Positions 10,256 through 22,704 of a stretch of DNA of 64,000 nt are shown one piece after another. Position 1 is the first letter of the stretch, and every line of letters starts with the position of its first letter. This DNA is from Candidatus Latescibacterota bacterium (GTDB taxonomy: Bacteria; Latescibacterota; CBDEFO01): the NCBI GenBank assembly GCA_965237525.1, contig CBDEFO010000007.1, forward strand, positions 128,001-192,000, read 5' to 3'. The notes under the pieces are model-generated. The model did not search any database. It saw only the letters and a program-made list of their open reading frames with translations, and had not been told where the DNA came from. The translations under genes and the position numbers were made by a program.

Positions 10256-13200
10256 TTTATTTGATGAGTATCATTTTGCGGACCTTCGTAAATTCCCCGG
10301 CTTCCATCTTGTAGACGTAGACGCCGCTGGCCGCTACCCTACCTTTGCTGTCCCGGCCGTTCCATACAGCCGAGTAGAATCCGGCTTCCTTTTGTTCATC
10401 AACAAGCACTTTTATCTCCTGTCGCGACACGCTATAGACTGTGATCACCACTTCGCCTGCTTTAGGAACCTGGTATTCTATAGTCGTCTCCGGGTTGAAC
10501 GGATTCGGGAAGTTCTGATAGAGGTCGTATGCCCTGGGTGCCCGCGATTCGCCGAGAGCATGGCCGGCGCCTTCGAACACTATGTCGAGCCTGTTTATCT
10601 CGCCCCCTGAAGACCATCTCACTTTCTCATCCTCCGTCTTTGCAATCAAACGCCCATCAAAATAGAAGCTTATGACATCTCCGGGCTCTGCTCCTTCGTC
10701 TATCGATGTGCTCGGATCGTCGCCGTAGACAGGCATGAAGCCGAAGAGACCGTCATTGTCTACCACAAACACTCCAGCCTTTACCCCATCAGGATCGTAG
10801 GCCTCTATAATGGACCCTGCGGGAAGATCGGATCCGTTCATAGTTACAGATCCGTAGTAATCAGCCCACCAGACGGTGGGATTGACCCCCTCAGGTTGAT
10901 ATGCTATAATATGCGGATCGGGAAGAAACTTCTCCGAGGGAGCACCTTTGATCCGATAGTTGAGAGCAGTAGGCGCTATTGTCCTTATGAAATATCCCAG
11001 GTTATTTTTCATAAGAGTAAGATCGTTGAACGGGCTTCCGGGGACAAATGTCATAGCGCCATCGTCGAACCCGCTAACCACTCCGATCAGACCTATTATC
11101 GAAGACAGCGCCGACTCTGTGGAATCAGGAGTCTCAGGGAGATAGCTTAGAGAGTTCCATCCCGAAGCAAGAGAGAGGAACGTATCGTCGTATATCTTCT
11201 GGCCCTGTACGGTCAGAAGAGCCGTCGTATCCATCTTGACCCAGTATCCGTGCAGACCGTCCATAGAGGTCAACGTGTTGAACAGATCCATACCCGGAAC
11301 GTAGGTCCGTCCTGATCCTGCGAAGCCCCTGACCAAATTGAACTTGCCGTCTATCGTGGAAAGGACCGCCGACACGGACTTGTCCGGGGGATCGACGTTG
11401 AACGAAATCAGGTTGAATCCGCTCCTTAATGTCATCGTATCCCGTCTTGCGGCGGAAAGGTCGACTTGCTCTATAGCCCCGTCCTCCCTCCACACTGGGT
11501 CACCGGACACGACTGTCGCTATAAAGTCGTTGACGTAGAAGCTCAATGTGTCTCCGGGCTCTGCTCCCTCATCCTCAGGCGTGGTAATGTCGTCCCTGTA
11601 GACCGGCATGAAACCGTATGAACTGTCCGCCCTTACGGTAAAGGTACCAGCGACCACACCGTCAGGATCGCGGACAGACACGACGTCGCCGATCTGTATC
11701 GGTTGGCCGGCATAGAAGGAGTTCGGACTCCAGAAGTCCACCCACTGGCTGGTCGGTGCAATCTTATGGACTCCATGCATTGTAATATTCGCCCAGGCGT
11801 CCGGAACGACCTGGTCTCTTGTAAGGCTCGGGAAGAACCCATCGGCGTACGCTCTCAGGTCGTAATTACCTGTAGATAAGCCGTAGAACGCATAGAGCCC
11901 ATCATCCCCTGCCGTCGTCTCGGTGATTATGTTGCCGCCGCTGTCGAAGGCCTGAATGCTGGCAAAGGGTACAAAAGCAGAACCGAGGGTACCGGACAAT
12001 TGAGACACGGGACGGCCAAAGACATCTTTTACGAGTCCCACAAGCTGTGTAACGCTGGGATCCAGGACCCTGAGTATCGCCCTTATTATGATCCGGGGCT
12101 CATCCGGATCGTTTGTATCCAGCACTACATATGCCGTATCTATCGAAGCTGAGGTCATTCCCGTGGCATCGAACGTCACCACCAGGCTCTTCCTCTCATT
12201 GGCGTTCACGATCAGATTGCTCGCAACGGAGAGCCACGTCACGTCTGTAGGCGTGGGCGGCAGAGTATCTGCCTCGCTTATGGTCAGCACAAGCGACCCG
12301 ACGCCACTATTCTGGATCCCGAACGCCCTGTTGCCCGTCAGGTTCTCAGGCAGCGATAAAACCAACTCAGACACGTTCACAGATAGTTCCGGCCGCTCGG
12401 TGACTATGAGCTTTCCGGCCTTTTTCACACTGTATCCGTTCGTCCCTCCAGAGCCTATGTCGTTACCGTCCGTATCGGCGAAGATCCAGTTGACTCCGCC
12501 GTTTATGGAGAACCTGAAGGCGAAATCTAAAGTTCCTAAAGTCCCGACGTTCAAGATTCCGAAATAGACATCTCTGTTCCCCGAATCGCCCAGGTAAGTG
12601 GCCGTCACGGGCCATGTCCAGGAGGAATCTCTCGGCGGGACACCGTCTGGACCGTAGCCTAACTGAGCCATCAAGCCCGCACCCTGGCCGGTAGCCTCAG
12701 TTATCCCCGGCTCAAAGACAGAGCCCTGAATCCTTCCGGTGGGGTTCCCGACCGCAGCGGAAGCAACATTCGGGAAATCTATCGTTGCAAAATCCACAAT
12801 AGCCGTAGCCGCAGGATCTTCCCTGACCTGTATATTATCTATAAGCCAACGATCGGTGTAATAGCTCCTATTTACATAAAACCTTATGCGTATCTTCTGG
12901 TTTATGTAACTGGCTAAACTCAACTTCTTCTCTGTCCAACCCGTACTGGTCGTAGTGCTAAATAAAGTAGCCCAATTGAGACCGCCGTCCTGCGATATCT
13001 GAACATAGTAGGTTGCACCATAGCGATTGATAGAATGCCTAAAGACTAACTGAGGGTTTTGCGTCCCTGTTAAATCTATCTCATTTGCTAAGGTCATACG
13101 CGCAAATGTGCGGTAGACACCGGACGAACTGTGATTCTGAGTCCTGGGTCTGGAGTTCCAATGTTGACTTCCGTCAAAGCTACCTCTTTCTATCAATTCG

Positions 13201-13564
13201 AATGTGGACGATTGCCAGTACATATTTGTGATCGTGTCGTCGTTCGTATCGTCAACGAACGGCAACCCACCCAACGGGCCTGTGGTAGTCTCCTCTAACC
13301 TTATTTCGTCTATGAACCATCCGTTCCCAACTGTGGCATCGCCATCTGGCCACAGCCAGAATTGAACGAGTATCTCCCGCCCTCTCCAGGGAGTCAGGTC
13401 TATCTTCTCCTGGACCCAATCGCTGGACCCAGTTGCCGTATACAGGTTGGTCCAGCTCGACCCGGAATTGGACGAGACGCGAACGTAGACAAAATCCCCC
13501 TGATTGCCGGAGGTAGCCTGCTCAAGACTATACTTTTGCCAGAAGCTCAACTGCGGCTTGTTAG

Positions 13565-15083
13565 AAGCCTTGTGAAATAGTTATGTCCCAGGCAGCGTCT
13601 GAAGCGCTGATTATGGGTCAAAGAGTAGCATATCGTATCGTTTTGCTGTGGAATAAGCAAAATAGTCTTATCAGAGTTCTGGTCAGCAAGGAACAGGAGC
13701 TGTTTGAAGAACAGGATGCACTGTCTTTGACAGGCAGGGCACACATAGACGCTTTCCCCCTTCTTATGAAAGATACAAGCCTCTTGAGATTCTGTACTGT
13801 TGCAACAAGATTCAACTGTTCATTCAGTGAGGCTGGTCCTCTGTAACGGGCTCGTCCCATACCGTGTTGTTGCCTGGCTTCAGCAAAGATATGTTCACTG
13901 CGTTTACGGAGTCTCCGGGAGAGTTTGTAGTCAGCTGTTAATGAGATAGACCGTGCATGATTTCTGGCTTTCGCCTCTCGCACTTTTCTATCCCGTTCGG
14001 CCTGAATATGTGCTGGATTTGTCTTGTTTTTCCATGTAGGAATCGGTTCAATCTTCTCATCGGCTCGCAGAGGAATATGGGGTATGATTCCCCGGTCAAG
14101 TACATCAGCGATAAAATTACCAGAACCGTAACCGGTATCGGCACTAAGTGTCTGAATGTCTTTGGGCATGGTGTATGTTTCAAGGTCATCTACCATCTTA
14201 AGGGCACTTTCGGGCTCTGCTGTCCCTGTCGCCTGCGTGCCCTGAGTCTCAAGGATTACTCTGCTTTTTGTGTCGATCAGATCATGGCCCATAAACGAGA
14301 GAAAAGCCCCTTTGCCCTTCGATTTGCTGTATAAGCGCGCGTCGGGGTCTGTAGTCGAACGGTGTGTTTGGTTCGTCCACTTTTCACCATGAAAGTCTTT
14401 ATCCTGAGGATGCCCGGACCTACCCTTTGTCTTATCACCTTCAAAACCGATTCCCTTGAGATAATCATCAAGAGAAACAGGGGGTTCTATCGGCTCAATA
14501 CTTTTCACTGAAGCATCAGCTTGTATCTGAGTGCCGTCGACACTAAGGTGTTTACCGCTCACAAGACCGACATCTATGCAACACTGGACTACCTGACGCA
14601 TTATCCGTTCAAACAACCCACTGGATGCCCACTTGTGATTGCGAAGCTTGTTGATCGTGCTCCTATCCGGAACCGCATCATCAAATGTCTGATGACAAAA
14701 CAACCGATATGCCGCATGCATCCCCACTTCCTGACAGAGCCGATTCTCACTCAAATTATACAGATAGCCAATAAGGATCATTCGAACAACTAATTCAGGA
14801 TCAATACCGGGTCTGCCATTGTCAGGGCAATAACAATCTGATACAACGTCTCGTACAAATGAAAAATCAACTGCCTCATCAATCTGACGAAGGATATGAT
14901 CCTCGGGAACTAAATCCTCCATCTGAAAATAGTGAAACATCGGATTTGTCTGTTCCTGCTCTTGTGGGGTCATTGTTTCCTCCATGTATAATATTATCAA
15001 TAACATAATATAATACATCGGAGCTGCTTTATCAATGCTTGTTCTATACTACTTTCTGAATCTAAGGGTTTTTCACAAGGCTT
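13565..15083 (-). mobile_element. IS1182-family insertion sequence, copy 1 (1,519 bp)
   Basis: IRs AAGCCTTGTGAAA / TTTCACAAGGCTT; TSD TTAG at 13561-13564 and 15084-15087; near-identical copies at 20678 and 60468. Confidence 0.93.
13618..14973 (-). CDS. IS1182-family transposase (DUF772 plus DDE)
   Basis: LVPEDHILRQID, GRPGIDPE, PDRSTINKLR, SVDGTQIQADAS, STTDPDA, ADTGYG and RSEHIFAE motifs. Probable start MTPQ after SD GGAGG. Confidence 0.9.
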   Translation of the reverse strand: MTPQEQEQTNPMFHYFQMEDLVPEDHILRQIDEAVDFSFVRDVVSDCYCPDNGRPGIDPELVVRMILIGYLYNLSENRLCQEVGMHAAYRLFCHQTFDDAVPDRSTINKLRNHKWASSGLFERIMRQVVQCCIDVGLVSGKHLSVDGTQIQADASVKSIEPIEPPVSLDDYLKGIGFEGDKTKGRSGHPQDKDFHGEKWTNQTHRSTTDPDARLYSKSKGKGAFLSFMGHDLIDTKSRVILETQGTQATGTAEPESALKMVDDLETYTMPKDIQTLSADTGYGSGNFIADVLDRGIIPHIPLRADEKIEPIPTWKNKTNPAHIQAERDRKVREAKARNHARSISLTADYKLSRRLRKRSEHIFAEARQQHGMGRARYRGPASLNEQLNLVATVQNLKRLVSFIRRGKASMCALPVKDSASCSSNSSCSLLTRTLIRLFCLFHSKTIRYATL

Positions 15084-18000
15084 TTAGATAGCGAAAGATT
15101 TATCGAAAGCGTAAGAGTCTTGCTGGCATTGGTGGCGTAGGATCTCCCGGGGCTGTCGCTCCAGCCGAAGTTGTCGCTGTATGCAGCCTCTCCTGACACC
15201 TCCCAGGGCAGATCCCAATTCCAATTGTCGGGACCTGCCTCCATACCGTCGTAAAACGGATATGAACTCTGACTGGCAAGTAAGTTTGTCCCCGAGACAA
15301 CGTTGCTGCCCAAGGTGACCACATTGGTCGAATCCACCACAAAGACCCGATAATAGTACGTTCCGGAAACAGTGACCGCATCCACAAAACTGGTGTCCGA
15401 AGGATCTACCGAGGAAAATGCCAAAATATTGCTCCTGCTCACAGATGAACTCGTATTCCTTCTGACCTCATAACGCAGAAACTTGGGATCTGGGGACTTG
15501 CTCCAGGTCATCCTGAGACTATGGCGGTCTATCTCAGTCGGTGCCTTTAAAACAACATCCACAGGGGCCTCCCTGATCCATATATTATCCAAAAGCCAGC
15601 GATCGGTGTAATAGCTTCTGTTTACATTAAACCTTATGCGTATCTTCTGATTTAAGTAACCTGACAGATCCAACTGCTGCTGTGTCCAGCCGGTACTTGT
15701 GGTCGAACTAAACAAAGTAGACCAATTGACACCGCTGTCCTGTGATATCTGAACGTAATAGGTCGCGCCGTAGCGATTGATAGAATGCCAGAAGACTAAC
15801 TGAGGATGTTGTGTCCCTGTCAAATCTAGATCATTGGCTAACGTCAAACGTCCCAACGTGCGATAGGTACCGGATGAACTATGATGCTGAGTCCGGGGAC
15901 TGGAGTGCCAGTACTGACTCCCGTCAAAACTCCCGCCTTCTATCAACTCGAATGTGGACGACTGCCAGTACATATTCGTAGTCGTGTCGTCGTTCACATC
16001 GTCAAAAAATGGTATCCCACCCAAGGGACCGGTGGTCGTCTCATCTATCCTTACATCGTCTATGAACCATCCGTCCCCAACTGCGGCATCCCCATCCGCC
16101 CACAGCCAGAATTGGACAAGTACAACCAGTCCCCTCCAGGGAGTCAGGTCTATCTTCTCATGGACCCAATCGCTCGACCCAGATGCCGTATACAGGTTCG
16201 TCCAGCTTGTTCCAGAATTGGACGAAATGCGAACGTAGACAAAATCTCCCTGGTTGGAGGATGTAGCCTGCTCAAGACTATACTTGTGCCAGAGACTCAA
16301 CTGGGGCTTATTCGAACCCTGAAGGTTTATCGGAAGCGTAAGGGTCTTGCTGGCATTGGTCGCATAGAATAGCCCGGGGCTGTCGCTCCAACCGAGACTA
16401 TCGCTGTATGCGGCCCCCTCTGACAGCCCCCAGGGCAGATCCCAATTCCAATTTCCGGAGCCAGCCTCCATACCGTCATAAAACGGATATGAACTGACAT
16501 CAGCCGACGTGTTCGTCCCAGAAACAGTGTTGCTGCCTATACTGACCACATTTGCAGAATCCACCACAAAGATCCGATAATAATACGTCCCGGAAACACT
16601 CGGAATATCTACAAAACTTGTGTCCGAAGGATCAGTAGAGGAAAAGACCAAAGAACTGCTCCTGCTCACAGATGAACTGGTATTCCTTCTAACCTCATAA
16701 CGCAAAAACTTAGGCTCTGGGGACTTGCTCCAGGCCAATCGTAGTCTATGCCGGTCTATCTCCGTAGGAGCCTGAAGAACAACATCCACAGGAGCCTCCC
16801 TGATCCATATATTATCTATAAGCCAACGATCGGTGTAATAGCTTCTATTTACATGAAACCTTATGCGTATCTTCTGGTTTATGTAACTGGCCAAACTCAA
16901 CTGCTTCTGTGTCCAACCGGTACTGCTCGTCGTACTAAACAGAGTAGACCAGTTGAGACCACCATCTTGGGATATCTCAACATAGTAGGTAGCGCCATAC
17001 CGATTGACAGAATTCCAGAAGACTAACTGAGGATTTGTCGTCCCATTCAAATCTATCTCATTTGCCAAGGTCATACTCGCAAATGTACGGTAGACAGCGG
17101 ACGAACTGTGATTCTGAGTCCTGGGACTGGAGTGCCAGTACTGACTCCCGTCGAAGCTCCCGCTTTCTATCAACTCGAATGTGGACGATTGCCAGTACAT
17201 ATTCGTGGTCGTGTCATCGTTCACATCGTCAAAAATGGGCAGTCCTCCCAATGGAGGGGGCTCCGTCTCACCTATACTCACATCGTCTATATGCCATCCG
17301 TCTCCAACTGTGCCATCGCTATCTGCCCAGAGCCAAAATTGGACGAGTATCTCCCTGCCGCTCCAGGGAGTCAAGTCTATCCTCTCCTGGACCCAATTGC
17401 TCGCACCAGTTGCCGTATAAAGGTTCGTCCAGCTTACCCCAGAATTGACCGAAATGCGCACATAGCCAAAATCTCCCTGATTGCCGGAGGTAGCTTGCTC
17501 AAGACTATACTTTTGCCAGAAACTCAACTCGGGCTTGGATGCACCGACCAATGTCATCGGCAATGTTAAGGTAACGCTCGCATTGGTTGCGTAAGAAGTG
17601 CCGGGGCTATCTGTCCAGCTGACACCTCCGCTGTGGGCGTCCTCCGTTGTCTGTGCCCATGTACCGCCCGGCATCCAGGTGCGCGGACCCCTTTCCATAT
17701 CGTCGAAGAACGGATATACTATGACAGTACCTATATCTCCTGCAATCTGAACATTGCTAAATTGTACGTGTGATGCGAAGGTATTCAGAGCCACGCGGGT
17801 CTCCACAAGGGGAGAGTGATCCGTGTCCTCCAAAACCAGCTTGTCGTTTATGTAAAACCTCAAAATGCTGCCTACCTACCTTTTCGACCTGAATGTTGTA
17901 AGCAACACCGGGGACGATCCTGAGGTCGTTTCTCTCAGCCAGCGTGAACCCGAGCCTCTGTATCTTCGTGTTGGTGTTGCCGTCCCCTCCGAATATGAAC

Positions 18001-19599
18001 TTATATCCTGAGTTTGCACTCGATCCGTTGCCATAGATAATAACGTTGATGTTAGAGCTGTCGGGGGCCACAGTGTTAGCCTGAAATCTCACCCGCGTAT
18101 CGCCGGCAAAGCTCAGCCTGTTCCACAAAGTAGCATTGCCCGTTGAACTCCCTAATGCAGAGCCCACAGTCCAGCTACCCTCGCCTATTATCCACTCGTC
18201 GAGATCAGCAAAATCGTCCGCAAAGGTGAACCCCAAGGGAGTGGCGTGCGCTTCGTCCGAAAGACCGCTCCTGTCGCCCAGCGTGTCCACCGCCGCGACG
18301 CGGTAGTAGTACTTTGTCCCGTTCGATAGAGGCGCATCCGTATAAATATTACTGGTGGGACCCGCTATGGAGTCGGAGGGAGTTGGCACAAAGCCCTTTG
18401 TCGTGCTCCTGTACAGGATGAAATGATCGAAGATACCCTGCGTGTTAGGCGACCAATTCAGAGAAACCTCCGAATCCCCTCCCAGGGCACTAAGCCCCGC
18501 AGGCGTCATTACAGGAGGAGGAGGTCCTGTTCCCTCCACGACTACGTTGACCGTATCCGGGAGGCTCGCATCCAGACCGTCGTCCACAGTCAACTTGAAA
18601 GAGAATATCTCCGCAAAGTCCATAGCAGGAGCAAGAAATGTAGGGCTTACGGCCGACGAACTCGACAGCGAAACTGCCGTCCCTGCTATCTGCATCCAGT
18701 TGAAGGAAAGAGAGTCCCCGTCCGCGTCGCTGCTTCCCGAACCATCCAGCGCCACCTCGACATTTGCGTTGACTATCTGATCTTGTCCGGCGTTCGCCAG
18801 GGGGATCGCATTGAGGAAAGTAAACCCAGCCTCAAGTGTATCCACCAGACCGTTGGGATTTGTGACTATCACATCCACGTTTCCTACAGCATGAGCGGGA
18901 GTCGTTGCATTGATGACCGAATCGGAGGATACGATTATATCCGTAGCTGAGCTATCCCCGAAAGCCAGAGCAGCCCCATCCATAAAGCCGCTCCCGATGA
19001 TCGTCACCGACGTAGCGCCCAATTTCGTGCCGGCGGCAGGGCTGATGGATACTACATCGGGAGCCGGCGTCACCGTGACAATCACCAAAGCAGAGTCGGT
19101 ATTTGCTCCGTCGCTTATGACATATTGGAGCGTATCATTACCTGAGAAACCCACGTCCGGCGTATACGTCACCGTTGTGTCACCCGGGTCAATGGCGGCA
19201 GAGCCGTTCGGAGGATCAGTTATGCTGATTACAGTAAGCGGATCACCGTTCGGGTCGGAGTCGTTCGCCAGAACGTCAACAGTAACAGCGCTGCCCTGTG
19301 GCGTACTTGCAGTGTCGTTCACAGCGAGGGGGATAACAGCGACAAATTCAAATCCGCCAGAGAGCGTATCTGCCTGACCATCGGGATTTGTAACTATCAC
19401 GTCCACAGTGTCAGCAGGATGTGCAGGCGTCACAGCAGTAATAACAGTATCCGACGCTACGACTACACTATCGGCTGTGATACCATCGAAAGAAACAGTA
19501 GCTCCGCTCTGGAAACTGCTGCCTTTTATCGTCACAGGTGTACCACCCAATTCCGGGCCCGAAGCAGGATCAATAGATGTAACAGCAGGAGGCTCCACT

Positions 19600-20600
19600 A
19601 CCTTACGTATCCGGTGATTGAGCCTATCCGTAATATAGATATTGCCCAATCCATCCACGAATACGCCAGAAGGAGAATTCAAACTGGCATCGGTAGCAGT
19701 ACCTCCATCACCGGAAAATCCAGGAGTGCCATCTCCAGCCACGGTGGTTATGACGCCCGATGTACCGACCTTACGTATCCGATCATTGTTCTCATCCGCT
19801 ATATAGATAACTCCAGATCCATCCACGAATACGCCCAAAGGCTGACTCAAACTCGCACTGATAGCAGTACCTCCATCACCGGAAAATCCACCAGTGCCAT
19901 TTCCCGCCACCGTGGTGATGACGCCCGATGTATCGACCTTGCGTATTCGGTGATTGTTTAAATCCGCAATATAGATATTGCCCGATCCATCCACGAATAC
20001 GCCAGAAGGCTCATTCAAACTCGCGTCGGTAGCTGGACCAACATCACCGGAAAATCCAGCAGTGCCATTCCCCGCCACGGTGGTGATGACGCCCGATGTA
20101 TCGACCTTGCGTATCCGCTGATTCTGACGATCCGCTATATAGATAATCCCCGATCCATCCACGAATACACCAGAAGGGTTATGCAAGCTCGCACTGGTAG
20201 CTGGACCAACATCACCAGAAAATCCAAACGTGCCATTTCCTGCCACGGTGGTGATGGTGTCCGCTGACGTATCCACCTTGCGTATCCGGGCATTGCCTGT
20301 ATCCGCAATATAGATATTGCCCAATCCATCCACGAATACGCCATAAGGCTCATTCAAACTTGCAGTGGTAGCTGAACCTCCATCACCGGAAAATCCACCA
20401 GTGCCATTTCCTGTCACGGTGGACATGATGCCTGACGTATTCACCTTACGTATCCGGTGATTGCTCGCATCCGCGATATAGATATTGCCCGATCCATCCA
20501 CGAATACGCCACGAGGAAAATTCAAACTTGCACTGGTGGCTGCACCACCATCACCAGAAAAACCACCAGTGTCAGTTCCTGCCACGGTTGAGATGATGCC
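19600..20600 (-). repeat. NHL/teneurin-like repeat array (~168-bp unit, six copies)
   Basis: Repeated ITTVAGNGTxGFSGDGGxAxxASLNxPxGVFVDGSGNIYIADxxNxRIRKVD. Confidence 0.9.
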
Positions 20601-20677
20601 CGGTGTAGCAGCAACTGTAGAGACAAATGCAAACATCCAAAAACCCAAAAGCAAAATACTAATCAGAATCTCTTTAA

Positions 20678-22198
20678 AAGCCTTGTGAAAAACCCTTAGA
20701 TTCAGAAAATAGTATAAAACAAGCATTGATAAAGCAGCTCCGATGTATTATATTATGTTATTGATAGTATTATACATGGAGGAAACAATGACCCCACAAA
20801 AGCAGGAACAGACAAGTCCGATATTTCACTATTTTCAGATGGAGGATTTAGTTCCCGAGGATCATATCCTTCGTCAGATTGATGAGGCAGTTGATTTTTC
20901 ATTTGTACGAGACGTTGTATCAGATTGTTATTGCCCTGACAATGGCAGACCCGGTATTGATCCTGAATTAGTTGTTCGAATGATCCTTATTGGCTATCTG
21001 TATAATTTGAGTGAGAATCGGCTCTGTCAGGAAGTGGGGATGCATGCGGCATATCGGTTGTTTTGTCATCAGACATTTGATGATGCGGTTCCGGATAGGA
21101 GCACGATCAACAAGCTTCGCAATCACAAGTGGGCATCCAGTGGGTTGTTTGAACGGATAATGCGTCAGGTAGTCCAGTGTTGCATAGATGTCGGTGTTGT
21201 GAGCGGTAAACACCTTAGTGTCGACGGCACTCAGATACAAGCTGATGCTTCAGTGAAAAGTATTGAGCCGATAGAACCCCCTGTTTCTCTTGATGATTAT
21301 CTCAAGGGAATCGGTTTTGAAGGTGATAAGACAAAGGGTAGGTCCGGGCATCCTCAGGATAAAGACTTTCATGGTGAAAGGTGGACGAACCAAACACACC
21401 GTTCGACTACAGACCCCGACGCGCGCTTATACAGCAAATCGAAGGGCAAAGGGGCTTTTCTCTCTCGTTTATGGGCCATGATCTGATCGACACAAAAAGC
21501 AGAGTAATCCTTGAGACTCAGGGCACGCAGGCGACAGGGACAGCAGAGCCCGAAAGTGCCCTTAAGATGGTAGATGACCTTGAAACATACACCATGCCCA
21601 AAGACATTCAGACACTTAGTGCCGATACCGGTTACGGTTCTGGTAATTTTATCGCTGATGTACTTGACCGGGGAATCATACCCCATATTCCTCTGCGAGC
21701 CGATGAGAAGATTGAACCGATTCCTACATGGAAAAACAAGACAAATCCAGCACATATTCAGGCCGAACGGGATAGAAAAGTGCGAGAGGCGAAAGCCAGA
21801 AATCATGCACGGTCTATCTCATTAACAGCTGACTACAAACTCTCCCGGAGACTCCGTAAACGCAGTGAACATATCTTTGCTGAAGCCAGGCAACAACACG
21901 GTATGGGACGAGCCCGTTACAGAGGACCAGCCTCACTGAATGAACAGTTGAATCTTGTTGCAACAGTACAGAATCTCAAGAGGCTTGTATCTTTCATAAG
22001 AAGGGGGAAAGCGTCTATGTGTGCCCTGTCTGTCAAAGACAGTGCATCCTGTTCTTCAAACAGCTCCTGTTCCTTGCTGACCAGAACTCTGATAAGACTA
22101 TTTTGCTTATTCCACAGCAAAACGATACGATATGCTACTCTTTGACCCATAATCGGCGCTTCAGACGCTGCCTGGGACATAACTATTTCACAAGGCTT
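20678..22198 (+). mobile_element. IS1182-family insertion sequence, copy 2 (1,521 bp), transposase frameshifted
   Basis: Same IRs; TSD TTAA at 20674-20677 and 22199-22202. An extra CT at ~21460 (TTTTCTCTCTCG versus TTTTCTCTCG) splits the transposase into 20743..21486 and 21381..22145. Confidence 0.92.
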
Positions 22199-22427
22199 TT
22201 AAAGTGATCCTTTTTCGTGTTCATTTTATTATACCCCCTACTTTAATAGTGCATTCCAGTAAGTGTTTAGGTCTATTGAAGCTGTTTAGGAAATTAGCAC
22301 AACTTAATATACCATATCAACTTTATCTTGCTCGTGACAGGGGTCACATCTTAATAAGTATTTTTGTGATCCTCCGGTCCACAGGACATAAGAAGCGCGG
22401 ACTCGCTAAAGGCACAAATTTGCAGTG

Positions 22428-22456
22428 AATATATAAAACTTTAGTGTAAATGTCAA
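22428..22456 (-). promoter_or_regulatory. Sigma70-type promoter for the giant surface-protein gene
   Basis: Minus strand TTGACA-N17-TATATT, about 200 bp upstream of the reconstructed ATG at 22224. Confidence 0.55.
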
Positions 22457-22519
22457 CAAGAGTTTTAATTTGTGATTCGGGAAGGTTGTATTTCGCAGGA
22501 AATTGTCGCACATCGAACA

Positions 22520-22700
22520 TCTGTAGGGGTATACCCGCGTGTCTGCCCGGAAAATTAGGGCGAACACATGGGTTCGCCCCTACGTAGAATGGGCAATTCG
22601 GGCATGTCAGACAGGAATGCCTGACCCACCACACATGGGGCCGCCCTGCGGGCCTCCAAACAAGGAGCTTGAATGTAAGGGCGGGGTTATGCCCCCCTGG
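22520..22700. repeat. REP-like palindrome cluster at the truncation point of the IS1380
   Basis: GTAGGGGTATACCCGCGTGTCTGCCC pairs with GGGCGAACACATGGGTTCGCCCCTAC; GTCAGACAGGAATGCCTGACCCACC is a near copy of 10092-10116. Confidence 0.65.
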
Positions 22701-22704
22701 AGCG

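Larger units (their letters stand above)
12820..17720 (-). repeat. Intragenic tandem repeat, ~1,227-bp (409-aa) unit, about 2.6 copies, third copy split by the IS
   Basis: YSLEQATS.NQGDF, TNMYWQSSTFELIE and NRSYYTDRWL.DNI each occur three times; equivalent positions 15881 and 17108 are 1,227 bp apart. Confidence 0.85.
10257..22224 (-). pseudogene. Giant multidomain surface/secreted protein (NHL repeats, IPT/TIG, Big/PKD, FN3, jelly-roll repeats, novel repeat domain, FlgD/T9SS-like tail), disrupted three times
   Basis: Fragments 17757..20726, 15062..17863 and 10257..13550. Removing IS 20678-22198, IS 13565-15083, one copy of each 4-bp TSD and a 4-bp duplication at 17871-17880 restores an 8,916-nt ORF starting MNTKKDHFKEILISILLLG at ATG 22224 (SD AGGGGG). 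Confidence 0.88.

Noticed and set aside
12820..17720. Diversity-generating retroelement template/variable repeats
   Set aside because: No reverse transcriptase in the window; by eye the differences involve all bases and are often synonymous, as in ordinary domain duplication.
19600..20600. CRISPR-like regular repeat
   Set aside because: The units are in-frame 56-aa NHL repeats with no unique spacers, and there are no cas genes.
13565..22198. Composite transposon formed by inverted IS1182 copies 1 and 2
   Set aside because: Each copy has its own TSD (TTAG, TTAA) and the gene fragments stay collinear, so these are independent insertions.
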